Positions 1-12,274 of a stretch of DNA of 31,177 bases are shown here, piece after piece. Position numbers and translations under genes: made by a program. Location of the stretch: positions 89,309,204 through 89,340,380 of the forward strand of contig NC_057719.1 in the NCBI RefSeq assembly GCF_004010195.1, in the 5' to 3' direction. The stretch is from Chiloscyllium plagiosum. Taxonomy: Eukaryota. A model generated the notes under the pieces. That model ran no database searches. It saw nothing but the letters and a program-made list of their open reading frames with translations, and had not been told where the DNA came from. Numbering within the stretch: the stretch's first letter is position 1; each line of letters starts with the position of its first letter.

Positions 1-61
1 AGCTTGGTGTTTATCTGGGTCTCTAGTTTGGATCGGTATTGGTCCTTGGCTCTGTACGGTT

Positions 62-460
62 CTCTGAAGGTCATACTTGGATTCCTTATATTTGAGACCT
101 CATGCCTGGTTTTTAGCAGGTTCTGTATGGCCTGATTCATCCAGGGTTTCCTGTTGGGGAACAGCTGGATTGACTTCCTCGGTATGCAGTCCTCCACACA
201 TGTGCTGATAAAGTCTGCGATGGTGGTGGCTTACTTGGCCAAGGTACCTGCAGACTGTTTCAACCTGGCCCAAGCAGCCGATTCCAGACAACACCAGAGT
301 TGATCCTCTACCTCCTCCGACCAGCACTGGACCTGTATCCGTGAGGAGGTCGCCTGCTTGAGCTTTTGCTTGTGAGCCGGGAGAAGAAACACGGCATTGG
401 GGTCGGAGTTCCTGAAATGAGGGCGAGGGATGGAGTGGTAGGCATTCTTCATAGTGGGGT
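62..460 (-). mobile_element. Rex1/Babar-like non-LTR retrotransposon fragment (end of APE endonuclease plus linker)
   Basis: Peptide AYHSIPRPHFRNSDPNAVFLLPAHKQKLKQ...VQCWSEE..QL..CLE resembles the Rex1/Babar AY..PRP.FGKSDH..V.LLP.Y.QKLK motif; frameshifted. Confidence 0.7.
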
Positions 461-492
461 TGAGGGGGTTATAAAATAATGAAGCCTCAAGT

Positions 493-1590
493 ACAAAGAA
501 CAAAGAAAATTATAGCACAGAATAGGCCCTTCGGCACTCTACGCCTGTGCCAATCCAGATCCTCTATCTCAACCTGTTGCCTATTTTATCTTTGCTCCCT
601 ACTCATTCATGTATCTGTCCAGATACATCTTAAATGACGCTATCATGTCCACCTCTATCACCCTCTACGGAAATAACTTCTCACTTTATCGCCTCTAAAC
701 TTTCCCCCTCTTACTTTGAACTTGTAATTGAGACCCCCACTCTGGGAAAACGTTTCTTGCTTGAGGTCTATATCACTCATGATTTTATAGACCTCAACCA
801 GATCGCCCCTTAACCTCAGTCTTTCTAATGAAAGAAATCTGAATCTACTCAACCTCTCTTCATAGCTTGTGCTCTCCATACCAGGCAACATCCTGGTGAA
901 CCTCCTCTGCACTCTCTCCAAAGCATCCACATCCATTTGGTAATGTGGTGACCAGAACTGCACACAGTATTCCAAATGTGTGAACTAAAAGTCTTATACA
1001 ACTGTAACATAACCTGCCAACTCTTGTACTCATTACCTTGTCCGAAGAAAAGCATGCCATGTGCCTTCTTGACAACTCTATTGACCTGCATTGCCACCTT
1101 CAGGGAACAATGGACTTGAACACCCAGATCTCTGTACAATTTTCCCCACAACTTTTCCATTTATTATATAGTTCGCTCTTAAATGGGATCTTCCAGAATG
1201 CATCACCTTGCATCTGCCTGGATTGAACTCCATCTGCCATTTCTCTGCCCAACTTTCCAATCTATCTAGATTCTGCTGTATTCTCTGACAGTCCCATTCA
1301 CTATCTGCTACTCCACCAATCTTAGTGTAATCTGCAAACTTACTAAGCAGACCACCTATATCTTCCTCCAAATCATTTCACATATCATAAACAACAGTAG
1401 CCCCAACAGGGACCTCTGTCGAACACCACTGGTCACAGTTCTCCATTTTGAGAAACTCCCTTCCACTACTACATTATATCTCCTGCTGCCCAGCCAGTTC
1501 TCTATCCATCTAGGTAGTACACCCTGGACACCATGCGAATTCATCTTCTCCATCAGCCTACCATGGGGAACCTTATCAAACAGCTCACTG
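493..1590 (-). mobile_element. CR1-clade LINE, 5'-truncated (RT C-terminus plus 3' UTR)
   Basis: Frameshifted ORFs with SKFAD.TK, LEYCVQFWSPHY, LERVQRRFTRMLPG, RLRGDL.EVYKI; short-repeat tail near 493. Confidence 0.93.
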
Positions 1591-1596
1591 AAGTGC

Positions 1597-1680
1597 AGAG
1601 ACTAGAATAACACAGCAAATCTGGCAGCATTGGAAAGCACAGAATTCAACTTTTAGATTATAACCCTTCTTCAGGACCGG
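1597..1680 (-). mobile_element. Degenerate Penelope-like terminal fragment
   Basis: Minus strand reads cctgaagaagggttat...; similar to the 21 kb family terminus but decayed. Confidence 0.4.
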
Positions 1681-2049
1681 TCTATCTGATCATCTACCCG
1701 TTTCTTCACTGCCTAGACAATGGTCATCCATTCCCTTCTTTCTCCCAGTCCCTTGAGCACTGGTGTAGCCACCTCTCTAATCATGCTATCCACATACATT
1801 GCAATCTCTTGGATGCACCAGCCACAGCTTGAGCCTCAAAATCAGAATAAAAGTTCATGCAGAATCCAGAACAAAAGAAGCACTTCCCGCACAGTCATCT
1901 GGGATGCTGGTAGTGTCCATGACTTCCCACAAATGACAGGTCACATTCCACTTGGCATATTTGTGTTGCCATGACTTAATTTTGAATTCACTTGCTAACT
2001 TTTCTAACTAATCTTAAAAATACTCTGTTCTTTAAAACTAAATTTAAGC

Positions 2050-2893
2050 TAAGAAAACAAAGAAACACAGCACAGGAACAGGCCCTCAAAGCCTGCACGG
2101 ATCATCATGCCCTAAATAAACCTAAAAAACAAACCTTCTGCCCTTATTTCGGACTGCATCCCTCTAATCCCTCCCTGTGTAACCATCAGATGTCTCTGGC
2201 ATTCCAGGCTCCTACCTCTCTGCAAGAAAATCTTTCCATGTACATCTCCCTTAAACTTGCCCCTCCTCACCTTGAGCCCTGTTGCTCCCCTGTAATTGAA
2301 ACTTCAACTCTGGGGAAATAAACCTTCTATCCACCTCAATTAGGTCTCCTCTCAACTGCTGTTTTTCCAATGAAAACAAGAGTCTTTTTAATCTTTCCTC
2401 ATAGACAATGCCCTTGAGACCATGCAACATCTTTGTGAAACTTCTCTGCGCTCTGTCCAAAGCTTCCACGTCTTTCTGGTAGTTTGGCAATTAAAACTGC
2501 ACACAACAGTCCAAATGCAGCCCAATAAGGGTTTTATATAGCTGCAACATGGTTTGCTGACTCTTGTACTCCACACCTTGGCCGATACCATATGTTTTCT
2601 TAATCAACTTGGCCACCTGAGTTGCCACTTTTAGGAGACTTTGGATCTGCACGCTCAGATCAATCTGTTTGTTAATCTTCTGAAGAGTTCCGCCATTTAC
2701 AGTATAATTCACAACTAAATTTGATCCTCCAAAATACATCGCCTCTCATTTGTCTGGATTAAATTCCATCTGCCATTTCTGTGCCCAATCTATATCCTGT
2801 TGTATCCTTTCACGACCGTCATCACTATCTGCAACTCCATGAATCTCCAGGTCATCTGCAAACTTGCTCGTCAGACCACCCACATTTTCCTCC
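2050..2893 (-). mobile_element. CR1-clade LINE fragment (RT C-terminus plus 3' UTR)
   Basis: ORFs 2251..2490 and 2491..2739 with LQLYKTL...LDCCVQF and LRGDLIEV motifs. Confidence 0.9.
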
Positions 2894-2896
2894 AAA

Positions 2897-3092
2897 CAAC
2901 AAAGGACCGAAGAGGAAGCATATGTCAGGTATAGACAGGATAGATCAAGTGAATCCTTAGAAAAGTATAAAGGAAGTAAGAGTATACTTGAGAGAAATCA
3001 GGAGGGCAAAAATGAGATAGCTTTGGCAAATAGAATTAAGGAGAATCCAAAGGGTTTTTACAAAATATTAAAGACCAAAGGGTAACTAGGGA
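2897..3092 (+). mobile_element. CR1 EN-RT linker fragment in inverted orientation
   Basis: Peptide EIALANRIKENPKGFYK; reverse-complement similar to 3832-3990. Confidence 0.85.
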
Positions 3093-6000
3093 GAAAAGAC
3101 TTTGTCTATTTATCCTATCCATGCCCCTCATAATTTTGTAAACCTCTATAAGGTCACCCCTCAGCCTCCAATGCTCCAGGGAAAACAGTCCCAGCCTATT
3201 CAACCTCTCCGTATAGCACAAATCCTCCAACCCTGGCAACATCCTTGTAAGTCTTTTCTGAACCCTTACAAATTTCACAACATCCTTCCAATAGGAAGAC
3301 CAGAATTGCATACAGTATTCCAAAAGTGGCCGAACCAATTTCATGTACAGCTGCAACATGACCTCCCAACTCCTGTACTCAATACTCTGACCTATAAAGG
3401 AAAGCATACCAAACGCCACCTTCACTATCCTATCTACCTGCAACTCCACTTTCGAGAAGCTATGAACCTGCACTCCAAGGTCTCTTTGTTCTGCAGCACT
3501 CCCTAAGACTTTACCATTAAGTGTACAAGTCCTGCTAAGATTTGCTTTCCCAAAATGCAGCACCTCACATTTATCCAAATTAAACTCCATCTGCCGCTCC
3601 TCAGCCCACTGGTCCATCAAGATCCCATTGTAATCTCAGGTAACCTTCTTCACTGTCCACTGCACCTTCAATTTTGGTGTCATCTGCAAACTTATAACTA
3701 TACCTCTTATGCTCACAACCAAATTATCTTCCATGTCCTTTTCCACAGTAAACACTGATGCAAAATACTTGTTTAGTATTTCCCCCAACTCCTGTGGCTC
3801 CACAGAGGCTGCCTTGCTGATCTTTGAGGGGCCCTAGTCACCCTTATGTCCTGAATATATTTGTAAAAACCCTTTGGATTCTCCTTAATTCTATTTGCCA
3901 AAGCTATGTCCCCTTTTTGCCCTCCTGATTTCCCTCTTAAGTATACTCTATGGATTCATTCGATCTGTACCTGACATATGCTTCCTTCTTTTTCTGAACC
4001 AAACCACAATTTCTTCAGTGATATGTTGCTTACACCTACCGACTTTTCCTTCCACCCTAACAGGAATATACCTTCTCTGGACTCTCATTATCTGATTTCT
4101 GAAGGCTTTCCATTTTCCAGCAATCCCTTTACCTGCAAACATCTGCCCACATCTGCTTTTGAAAGTTCTTGCCTAATACCGTCAAAATTAGCCTTCCTCC
4201 AATTTAGAACTTCAACTGTTAGATCTGGTCTATCCTTTTTCATCACTATTTTAAAACTAATAAAATTATGGTCGCGGGCCCCTGCCCTGCCTTGCTTCCA
4301 AAGAGTCGGTCAAGTTTTGCACCTTCTCTTGTAGGTACATCACATACTGAATCAGAAACATTTCTTGTACATCCTTAAATTCCTTTCCATCTAAACCCTT
4401 AATGCTATGGCAGCCCCAGTCTATGTTTGGAAAGTTAAAATCTCCTACCATAACCACCCTATTAATCTTACAGATAACAGACCTCCTGATAAATTTGTTT
4501 CTCAAACTCCTGCTGACTATTAGGGAGTCTATAATACAAACCCAGTAAGGTGATTATCCCTTTCTTATTTCTCAGTTCCACCCAAATAACTTCCCTGGGT
4601 GTATTTCTGGGAATACCTTTCCTCAGTGCAGGTGTAATGCTATCCCTCATCAAAAATGCCTCCTCTCTTGCCTCCCTTTCTGTCCTTCCTGCAGCATTTG
4701 TATCCTGGAACAATAAGTTGCCAGTCCTGAGCCACGTTTCTGTAATTGCTATGATATTCCACATCCATGTTCCTAACCATGCCCCTGAGTTCATCTGTCT
4801 TCCCTGTTAGGCCCTTGCATTGAAATAAATGCAGTTTAATTTATCAGACTTAGCTTGTTCTCTGCTTTGTCCCTGCCTCAACTGTACCAGTCTTAGATTG
4901 GTTTCTTTCCTCTCTCTCCCTGGGTCCCACCCCCTTTCCTCCCCCCCAACTCCCACCTTACTAGGTTAAATCTTCCTGAGCAGCTCTAGGAAATCTCCCT
5001 GCCAGTATATTAGTCCCCTTCCAATTCAGGTGCAATTAGTCCTTCTTGTACAGGTCATTTCTACCCCAAAAGAAATTCCAATGATCTAAAAAAAATGAAT
5101 CCTTCTCCCATATACCAGCTCCTCAGCCACGCATTCACCTGCGCTATCCTCCTATTTCTACCCTCACTAGCTCGTAGCACCAGGAATAATCCAGATATTA
5201 CTAATCACAAGAACTTCCTTTTTAAATTCCTACCTCTCTAATCTCCCTTCAGAATTTCAACCTTTTCTCTTCCTATCAATGTGTACAATGATCCCCTGCT
5301 GGCCCCTCTCTCCCGTGAGAACATTCTGCACCCTCTTTGAGGCATCATTGATCCTGGCACCAGGGAAGCAATACACCATTCTGATTTTTCGCTGCTGGCC
5401 ACAGAAACGTCTGTCTGTACCTCGGACTAGAAAGTCCCCTAACACAATCGATCGCTTGGAACCTGACATATCTCTCATTACATTAGAGTCAATCTTAATA
5501 CCAGAACTTGGCTGTTCATGCTACATTCCTCTGAGAATCCATCACCCCCTACATTTTCCAAAACAGCTTACTTGTTTGAAATAGGGACATCCTCAGAAGC
5601 CTCCTGCACTACCTGCCTACCTCTCTTACCTCTCCTGGAGTTAACCCGTCTACGTGACTGTATATGCGACCTTTCTCCCTTCCTATATATAACTGCCATC
5701 CATCACATCCCCTTGCTCTTGTAAATTCCTCATTGCCTCTGACTGTCACTCCAATCGATCCATCCGATCTGATAGGATTCACACCCAATGGCATTTATTG
5801 CAGATATAATCCTCAGTAACACGTGAGCTCTCCCTAAACTCCCGCATCCGAGAAGAGGAACATATCACTCTACTAAGGGCCATTTTTGCTTCTTCTAATC
5901 TGCAGACCCAGAAAACAGCACCATCTTATTCTTCTACAAAACACTGCTCCAGGCTAACTTAATACTGATGGCTTATATTTTTAAGTTTAATCAAGAGACA

Positions 6001-6260
6001 TATCTCAATAAAACATATAATCAAGAAAGAACCCACTCTACTCACTACTGCTACAGCAAGGCCACACTTAAAAACTATTCACTTACTTGTTTCTGTGCTG
6101 CGATCTCTGTCAAACAGGTGCCTCTAAGATCAGTTGTAAATTTCATTGTTTGTTAATTTTCCTAGATGCACTCCAATGTCCTGCGATTCATAAATTCAAC
6201 AGCAAAGGCTGTAACTATGCAGGTTCACTGCTGTGTCAGCAGTGTGGATTCCCTCAGCCT
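3093..6260 (-). mobile_element. Long CR1 LINE remnant(s): 5' UTR, ORF1 (SGNH esterase-like), ORF2 APE endonuclease, and, after an internal deletion or junction near 3720, the RT C-terminus
   Basis: SIVLGDFLVRGTDRRFCG..MVYCFPGARINDA (ORF1 esterase), IIAITETWL, LGLYYRLPN, VMVGDFNFPNIDW (APE), and the 194 aa RT C-terminal ORF 3036..3620; many frameshifts. Confidence 0.88.
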
Positions 6261-6271
6261 TTCCTCATAAG

Positions 6272-6870
6272 ACCTTCCCTCCATACCAGGCAACATCTTA
6301 CTAAATCTCCTCTTCACCCTTTCATCCTTCCTATAATACGGTGACCAGAACTGTATGCAATACCCCAAGTGCGGCCACACCAGAGCTTTGTACGGCTGTA
6401 GCATGATCTTGTAGCTGCGAAACTAAACTCTCTTCCAATAAAAACCATATGCCTCCTTAACAACTCTATCAACCTGGGTGGCAACTTTCAGGGATCTATA
6501 CACATTGACACGGAGAGCTCTCTGCTCATCTACACTGCCAAGAATCTTAACATTTGCCCTGCACTCTTCATTCCTGTTGCTCCATCGAAAGTGAATCACC
6601 TCATACTTTTCTGCACTAAACTCCACTGGCACCTCTCAGCCCAGCTCTGAAGCTTATCTATGTCCCTCTGTAAGCTGCAACATATTTCCATACTATCCAC
6701 AACTCCACCGACCTTAGTGTCATCCGCAAATATACTAACCCATCCTTCTACACCCTCATCCAGGTCATTTATAAAAATGTCAAACAGCAGTAACGCCAAA
6801 GCAGATCCTTGCAGTCCACCACTAGTAACTGAATTTTAGGATGAACATTTCCCATCAACCACCATCCTCA
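6272..6870 (-). mobile_element. CR1 LINE RT fragment
   Basis: [29 protein letters not shown] (FADD RT motif). Confidence 0.9.
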
Positions 6871-7589
6871 GTCTTATCCGGTACCTCTGATTTAACAATG
6901 AACCTTGTCATTTTAGTTCATGTGAGGCCTCAGATCTGGATCCTGTGGTCATCTGAGATCCCACAATTGCACAATGAGCAGGGATCTCTGCCCAGTTGAG
7001 CAGTAATAGGAGCCTTGACCAACTTTCCTCTTCTAGGTCTCCCAAGAACTGAAATAGAAAAGTACAATTCTGAAGGACAGTCATACTGGACATGAAACTT
7101 CAACACACACTATATAGATGCAATCGTCTTCTCCAGCACTTGTTATTTTTTTAAATTTCAAAAATCCAGTGTTACACCCAGACCTTGAGTAAGGGTTCCA
7201 ATTTTGTTACTGTTCCAGGTGAGATACTCCACAGTTCCTGAGGAGAGGAGAACTGCATCCCTTTCTTTACTCACCCAGCCCCTTGGCTGATTGCAACAAA
7301 GATTAATCTACCTTTGCTTTCTCTCAGACCCAAATGAACTTATGTTTTAAAAGGAATCAATCTAAACAGGCTTTCTTGAGTTAACAAAGAGTGAATTTAC
7401 CAATGACTACACGTGAAAAGTATGTGCAATGCAGAGCGTGCGCAGACCAAAAACAAGAGGTGATATAGGAAAGCCATCCTACATTTGCAAAAAAAAAGAA
7501 GAGAATCTTCACAGAGAACCATAAAATGGTTATAGTAATTTGGTAATACTGAATTTGAACATTGCGGATAAAAAGACATTTTGTCAAAG

Positions 7590-7745
7590 CGCTTCATCTT
7601 GCACTTATTGGGCAATTTGTAAGAAATATCAAAGTAAAGGAAAAATGTGTACCTGATGAGAGGTGAATGCTGATTGGTAAAAGTAATACCATGGAGAATA
7701 TGCCAGTTAATGATGACTGACAGTTAACAAACAGGCATTGTTTCA
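7590..7745. repeat. Old dispersed repeat, related copy at about 28215-28365
   Basis: Shared blocks ttca.cttgcact...aaggga/aa...gtg..tgattggt...atgc/gccag between the two loci; family unidentified. Confidence 0.4.
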
Positions 7746-8317
7746 ATTTTAATCTGTGCATTATCTATACGGTATAAATGCCTTCTCTTTATTTTGGTTT
7801 TTCTTGCAAACTATGCTGATGACAGTAAGATGTTAAAAGTTCAACAAAATTCATATTTTTCAGTTACACAATATTTTGGTCACAACATCAGAGTGAAAGG
7901 TAGCTCAAGACAGTTACTAAAAGGGAAAGTCAATGCAAATATGCAGGAGAGGGAATCAGCAGCAAGAATTCATGATGATAGTTGGACTAAATACAGTTAA
8001 CCGAAACCTTCAAGGGCATCAGTGTTGGAAATCCATGACAGCACACCTTCCAGAACAAAGAAATCAACAAACAAATGTATCAAGTGGATATCTAAATGGC
8101 AGCATGTCACAAGCTGCTTTATAAATGGACAGGTGTCCGTGGAGAGTACATGTTTAATGGGTACTTCTTTATAGGGCTGCTGTTTAAATGCTGGGTGTGC
8201 AACCAGGATATTTGAAGAGGTGGTGTGCTTCTATTTAAAAGGATGGACACGTGAAGGGTAGGTGTATAAATAGAGGGTGTGCAGATGTTAAATGAGCAGT
8301 TGGGAAACAGGTTGATG

Positions 8318-8910
8318 GGGAGGCTATGGCGAAGTGGTCATGTCACTGGACTAGTAATCTAAACCTCGGGCAAAGTCTGGGGAATGAGCTCAAAACATTA
8401 TTACAAAAGGTGAAATTTGAATTCAGAAAACTCTAGAATATTACAAAAAACTAGCCTAGTGCTGTTGTGGTTCTGTTCGCCGAGCTGGGAATTTGTGTTG
8501 CAGACGTTTTGTCTCTTGTCTAGGTGACATCCTCAGTGCTTGGGAGCCTCCTGTGAAGCGCTTCTGTGATGTTTCCTCTGGCATTTACGGTGGTTATAGC
8601 CAGAGGAAACATCACAGAAGCGCTTCACAGGAGGCTCCCAAGCACTGAGGATGTCACCTAGACAAGAGACAAAACGTCTGCAACACAAATTCCCAGCTCA
8701 GCGAACAGAACCACAACAACGAGCACCCGAGCTACAAATCTTCTCACAAACTTTGAATAGCCTAGCGCTGACTAGGATGTTGGTTATCAGAAACAAAAAA
8801 AAATCTTTACTCGTCTGACCTGCAGGTGACTTGAGGCCCATAGCAATGTGGTTGACTCTTAACTCTCCGCTGGGCAAATAGGGATGCCTACATCCCATAA
8901 ATGAATTGGT
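8318..8910 (+). mobile_element. Old tRNA-headed SINE with LINE2-like tail, interrupted by the palindromic insertion at 8465-8757
   Basis: Head ggggaggctatggcgaagtggtcatgtcactggactagtaatc (A-box-like); tail gcaatgtggttgactcttaac...gggcaaatagggatg...catcccataaatgaat. Confidence 0.55.
8463..8757 (+). mobile_element. Palindromic Penelope-like terminal element (family B) with hammerhead-like motif
   Basis: 120 bp inverted arms 8463-8582 and 8599-8718 (1 mismatch, 16 nt spacer); unpaired 3' tail; 12/13 TSD tagcctag(t/c)gctg at 8452-8464 and 8758-8770. Confidence 0.8.
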
Positions 8911-9929
8911 ACGTAACAAACCTAGTATTGTAAGGTGAAATCAGATGCAGCCACTGAAATAGTTATTTTTTAAAAATCTTTAAAATTTAACTTCCTCTTT
9001 GAATTTGTGGTTAACTAAACTTAGCTGCATTCAAATATATGAAACTCTATTGACTGTGCTTTTATCGCTCATTAAAATTTCTGTGAAACCTATTCAGGAC
9101 ATTGGTCCTAAGAATAAAAGGACTTAATTCAGGATAATTCCTCCTAATATAGGAGCTTCCTATTCAGGAAAAAGAAAATCACAAAACAGTTTTTTATTCT
9201 GATCCTGAAAGGCATGAGAATAGGACTGACTCAATTTGAGATTACTTATTCAGCTTTCATTGCTAAAAGCAGGAGTAATGGCATAAATAATAACCTGGAG
9301 TGATTTAATGGTACCAACTGGAGTCTCAGAAAGGATCATTTTTAATACAGTATGAAGCTTGGAGATTTGTGAAGTGAAATTGTTTGTTGTCGTTTTCTGG
9401 CTTGGTACCATAATTCTGGCAACAGATAGTAAACACTGGGCATCATCACCAACAGTAACAGTACAGTGCAGTATTTCTGTTGCACTTCGACCTGCTTCCC
9501 TCTCAGTCTTCCAAGAGTCAGGACTCATTATTTTCACCCTGAAACACACTGCTTTGTTTACATATATCCATATTACATGGATTTCACATGAATGTAACCC
9601 AGGAAATTTCTCTCTGCATAATATTAGTAGGTAGAATACTGTAAAAGTCACTGAGAAATTTCTACAAACATTGATAAAAATAATCCCAAAAATGCTACTT
9701 TGAGAAAAAGAAACATTATTTTTATGTAACCTTTGTAAAGAGTGAAAATGCAGATTGCCAAGCCAGTTGAACAAAGATAAAAGCTGACTTAAACAATCTG
9801 TTATTAATATTTCAATTCTGTGGCATGTTGGGAAAGCAATTAACAATAAATCCCTCAAAAGTCAACCAAAGCTGTCCTTCCCTTGCACTTCCTTAACCTG
9901 CACCTGACAATTTCCAAATGTGTTAACTC

Positions 9930-10040
9930 TGCTCCTGACACAGCACTGTAGTTCAACAACGCAGTTCATCCTTCAATGCAATTAGGAATGGGCAGAAAAT
10001 GCGGGCCATTGACATTTACATCCCTTGAAATAACGAAAAA
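9930..10040 (+). mobile_element. Degenerate LINE2-like 3' tail
   Basis: cagcactgt...gcaattaggaatgggcagaaaatgc...catcccttgaaataa, the same tail type as 8840-8905. Confidence 0.45.
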
Positions 10041-10599
10041 CAGCTAATAGCCCGGAAGAAATATAGATTTTAAAAGCAAAATTCTATTGTTAACATTCTT
10101 TACAGTACTAATTCCTGTTTGTAATGCTCAACTGGGATTAGAAAAATTAACTTCACTCTCTCTATTAAAAAGTTTAGTATTCATCTACATATGCAAATAG
10201 TAGTTCTATTTCTTGCAATCTGAACTGTTCTCTTTTCTGTGACTTAGTGTCTGCAACATTGTCAAGTCAAGAATTTCAAACTTATTTTTAAAAAAAAAAG
10301 TACTGGAGGGAAAACCAAATTTCATCACAGCATGTCAGGACTCCATAGAATACTTCTGATTTTGTGATAAATAATTGCAGCAGACAGATTTTGGAGTCCT
10401 CCACACTGCCCAAGAAGGCTGCTCAACATCTTGTTTTGAAGACTTTCTAAAATAAAAGCCTCCAAACCATTCCACAGCAAAATAAACTGCCTTGGGATAA
10501 AACTAAAGATAAAAAAAGACCATTAAAGAGGTAGCATTCCTTTTAATGGACCAAATAGATTGTATTTCTAAGCTAACCATGAAGCCATCATATTATAGC

Positions 10600-10645
10600 T
10601 CAAAACACATTACACCCTTTACAAACAAAGGTCATTTAGTTTATT
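10600..10645 (-). terminator. Candidate cleavage/polyadenylation site of RBM25
   Basis: AATAAA on the minus strand at 10640-10645, followed about 15 nt later by GU/U-rich tttgtttgtaaagggtgtaatgtgtttt. Confidence 0.55.
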
Positions 10646-10856
10646 AAAACTTCACCCCAAAGTAATTGTACGAGGCTGACAAAACAATAGCTTGCTCCTT
10701 GTATTCTCATCACAGACGATTTTGGCTACATAAAAAAGGTAAATGTAAAACTTTATGAAGGTTTGATTTCAAAACACATTTTAAATTAAACCTATGTTGG
10801 CAACTAAAGGGGATACAGATCTCTTTAAAAAGTCAACTAAGACATTGGCAAACCTG

Positions 10857-10866
10857 TTTATTTATT
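10857..10866 (-). terminator. Overlapping double AATAAA (proximal alternative poly(A) signal candidate)
   Basis: Plus-strand tttatttatt equals AATAAATAAA on the minus strand; downstream GU element less clear. Confidence 0.4.
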
Positions 10867-11396
10867 TCAAAGCCATTTAAACCCTATTCTGTCGCCTGTT
10901 GGAAAATGCAAACATTTTAAATGCAACATTTAAAATATTTTCAAGAGTGTTGACGAGAAAACCATTTCTGCATCTTTCAAAGTATTTTTCTCTCATGAAT
11001 TACTAGTTTCCAAACAATAAATGTATAAACATCTTAATTCTAACCTGCTCCTCCAATATCACAGGAACAACCTGGATATCAAGTGCAAATTTCTTGCATC
11101 AATACAGCACAACCTTCCATAAATGTAACACCGAGAGAACAGAAATCAGTGTGTTGGTGATGAAAATACGCAGAAGCATTCAATTTATAAAAAATAACCA
11201 GTCATTTATCTCAGTGAAACAAAGAGGGATGATTTAGGGATATGACAAACCAAAGGAAAGAGACAGGACTTCACATTATCTCTAAAGTAAAAAATACAAG
11301 CTTCACAAGTGCCTCTGAAAACAGATGAAAGTTACAATTTTGAAGAATGGAAGAAATGTTTCCAAAAGACATATTCCTATGCATAAGAATTACAAT

Positions 11397-11489
11397 CTAT
11401 TTAACAAGTCCTATCTTTTTAGCCTCCGTTTCATATATTAATAACCTCCACATCTTCACTATGAAGACTTCTGCTTCTTCATCCAGTAC
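11397..11489 (-). CDS. RBM25: RBM25 terminal coding exon (VLDEEAEVFIVKMWRLLIYETEAKKIGLVK*)
   Basis: ctacag| acceptor, 30 codons plus TAG; matches the recalled vertebrate RBM25 C-terminus. Confidence 0.97.
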   Translation of the reverse strand, partial: VLDEEAEVFIVKMWRLLIYETEAKKIGLVK

Positions 11490-11662
11490 CTGTAGGAAGA
11501 AATAATATTTAGCACAAGATAATGTAAAAGTAGACTGACACTGAACATCAAGTTTGCTCTCTGAGCAGATGCTGACTCATCCTGTGTTCCATGACCAATC
11601 CCAACTCTCTGGCACTTTCTTGTAATTAGCTCATTGAAAGATTTAGATATTGAGTATCATGA

Positions 11663-12025
11663 CATAGAACATAGCATCACAGGAGAGGATGTGTGCTCTC
11701 GATGTTGTGCTGACCTGTGGAACCAATCTGAAGCCTAGTTATCCTACATTATTCCATTTTCATGCATATGTTTATGCAATGATCATTTAAATGTCCTTAA
11801 AGTTGGCATGTCTACTACAGTTGCAGGCAGGGTGCTCCACGCTCCTACTACTCAGAGTAAAGAAACTACCTCTGATATCTGTCCTATATCTATCACCCCT
11901 CAATTTAAAGCTATGTCCACTCGTGCTAACCATCACCTTCCGAAGAAAAAGGCTTTCACTGTCCACCCTATCTAACCTCTGATTGTCTTCTTTGCCTCAA
12001 TTACATCACCTCTCAATCTTCCCTC
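11663..12025 (-). mobile_element. CR1 LINE 3' end
   Basis: catagaacatag tail repeat; typical CR1 3' UTR and last codons. Confidence 0.8.
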
Positions 12026-12274
12026 TACGTTCAGAGATATTTCAAATTACAGCTGTATCTAGTCCAGATTTACACAAGGCCAGATCATAGCAAGAATCCT
12101 GGCTGAAGTTAACAAGGGGTTCACGGCCACTGAAAAGACCATTCTTGCGATACTCGAATATCAACACATCAGAATTGTTTCTCAAACCATGTTTGGATGA
12201 GTTGCAACTCAAGTTGCTAATTGAAGTGGATAGGATATAGGAAAAGAGGGGGAATTTGTTTTAAAGTTTCCCTC

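Larger units (their letters stand above)
10040..11396 (-). other. RBM25: RBM25 3' UTR (distal limit uncertain)
   Basis: Directly follows the stop codon; AT/U-rich and free of recognisable LINE/SINE for over 1.3 kb in an otherwise repeat-saturated window. Confidence 0.65.

Noticed and set aside
3036..3620. 194 aa RT-like ORF as a host gene
   Set aside because: CR1 ORF2 C-terminal fragment within a frameshifted, rearranged element
8130..8305. Loose periodic tgtttaa(a)tg / gggtgtgca repeats
   Set aside because: No consistent unit length; cannot be distinguished from decayed low-complexity sequence
9250..9858. 202 aa minus-strand ORF, the longest in the track
   Set aside because: No recognisable domain, a non-ATG start, composition typical of AT-rich noncoding DNA, and it lies in or after the RBM25 3' UTR; probably chance
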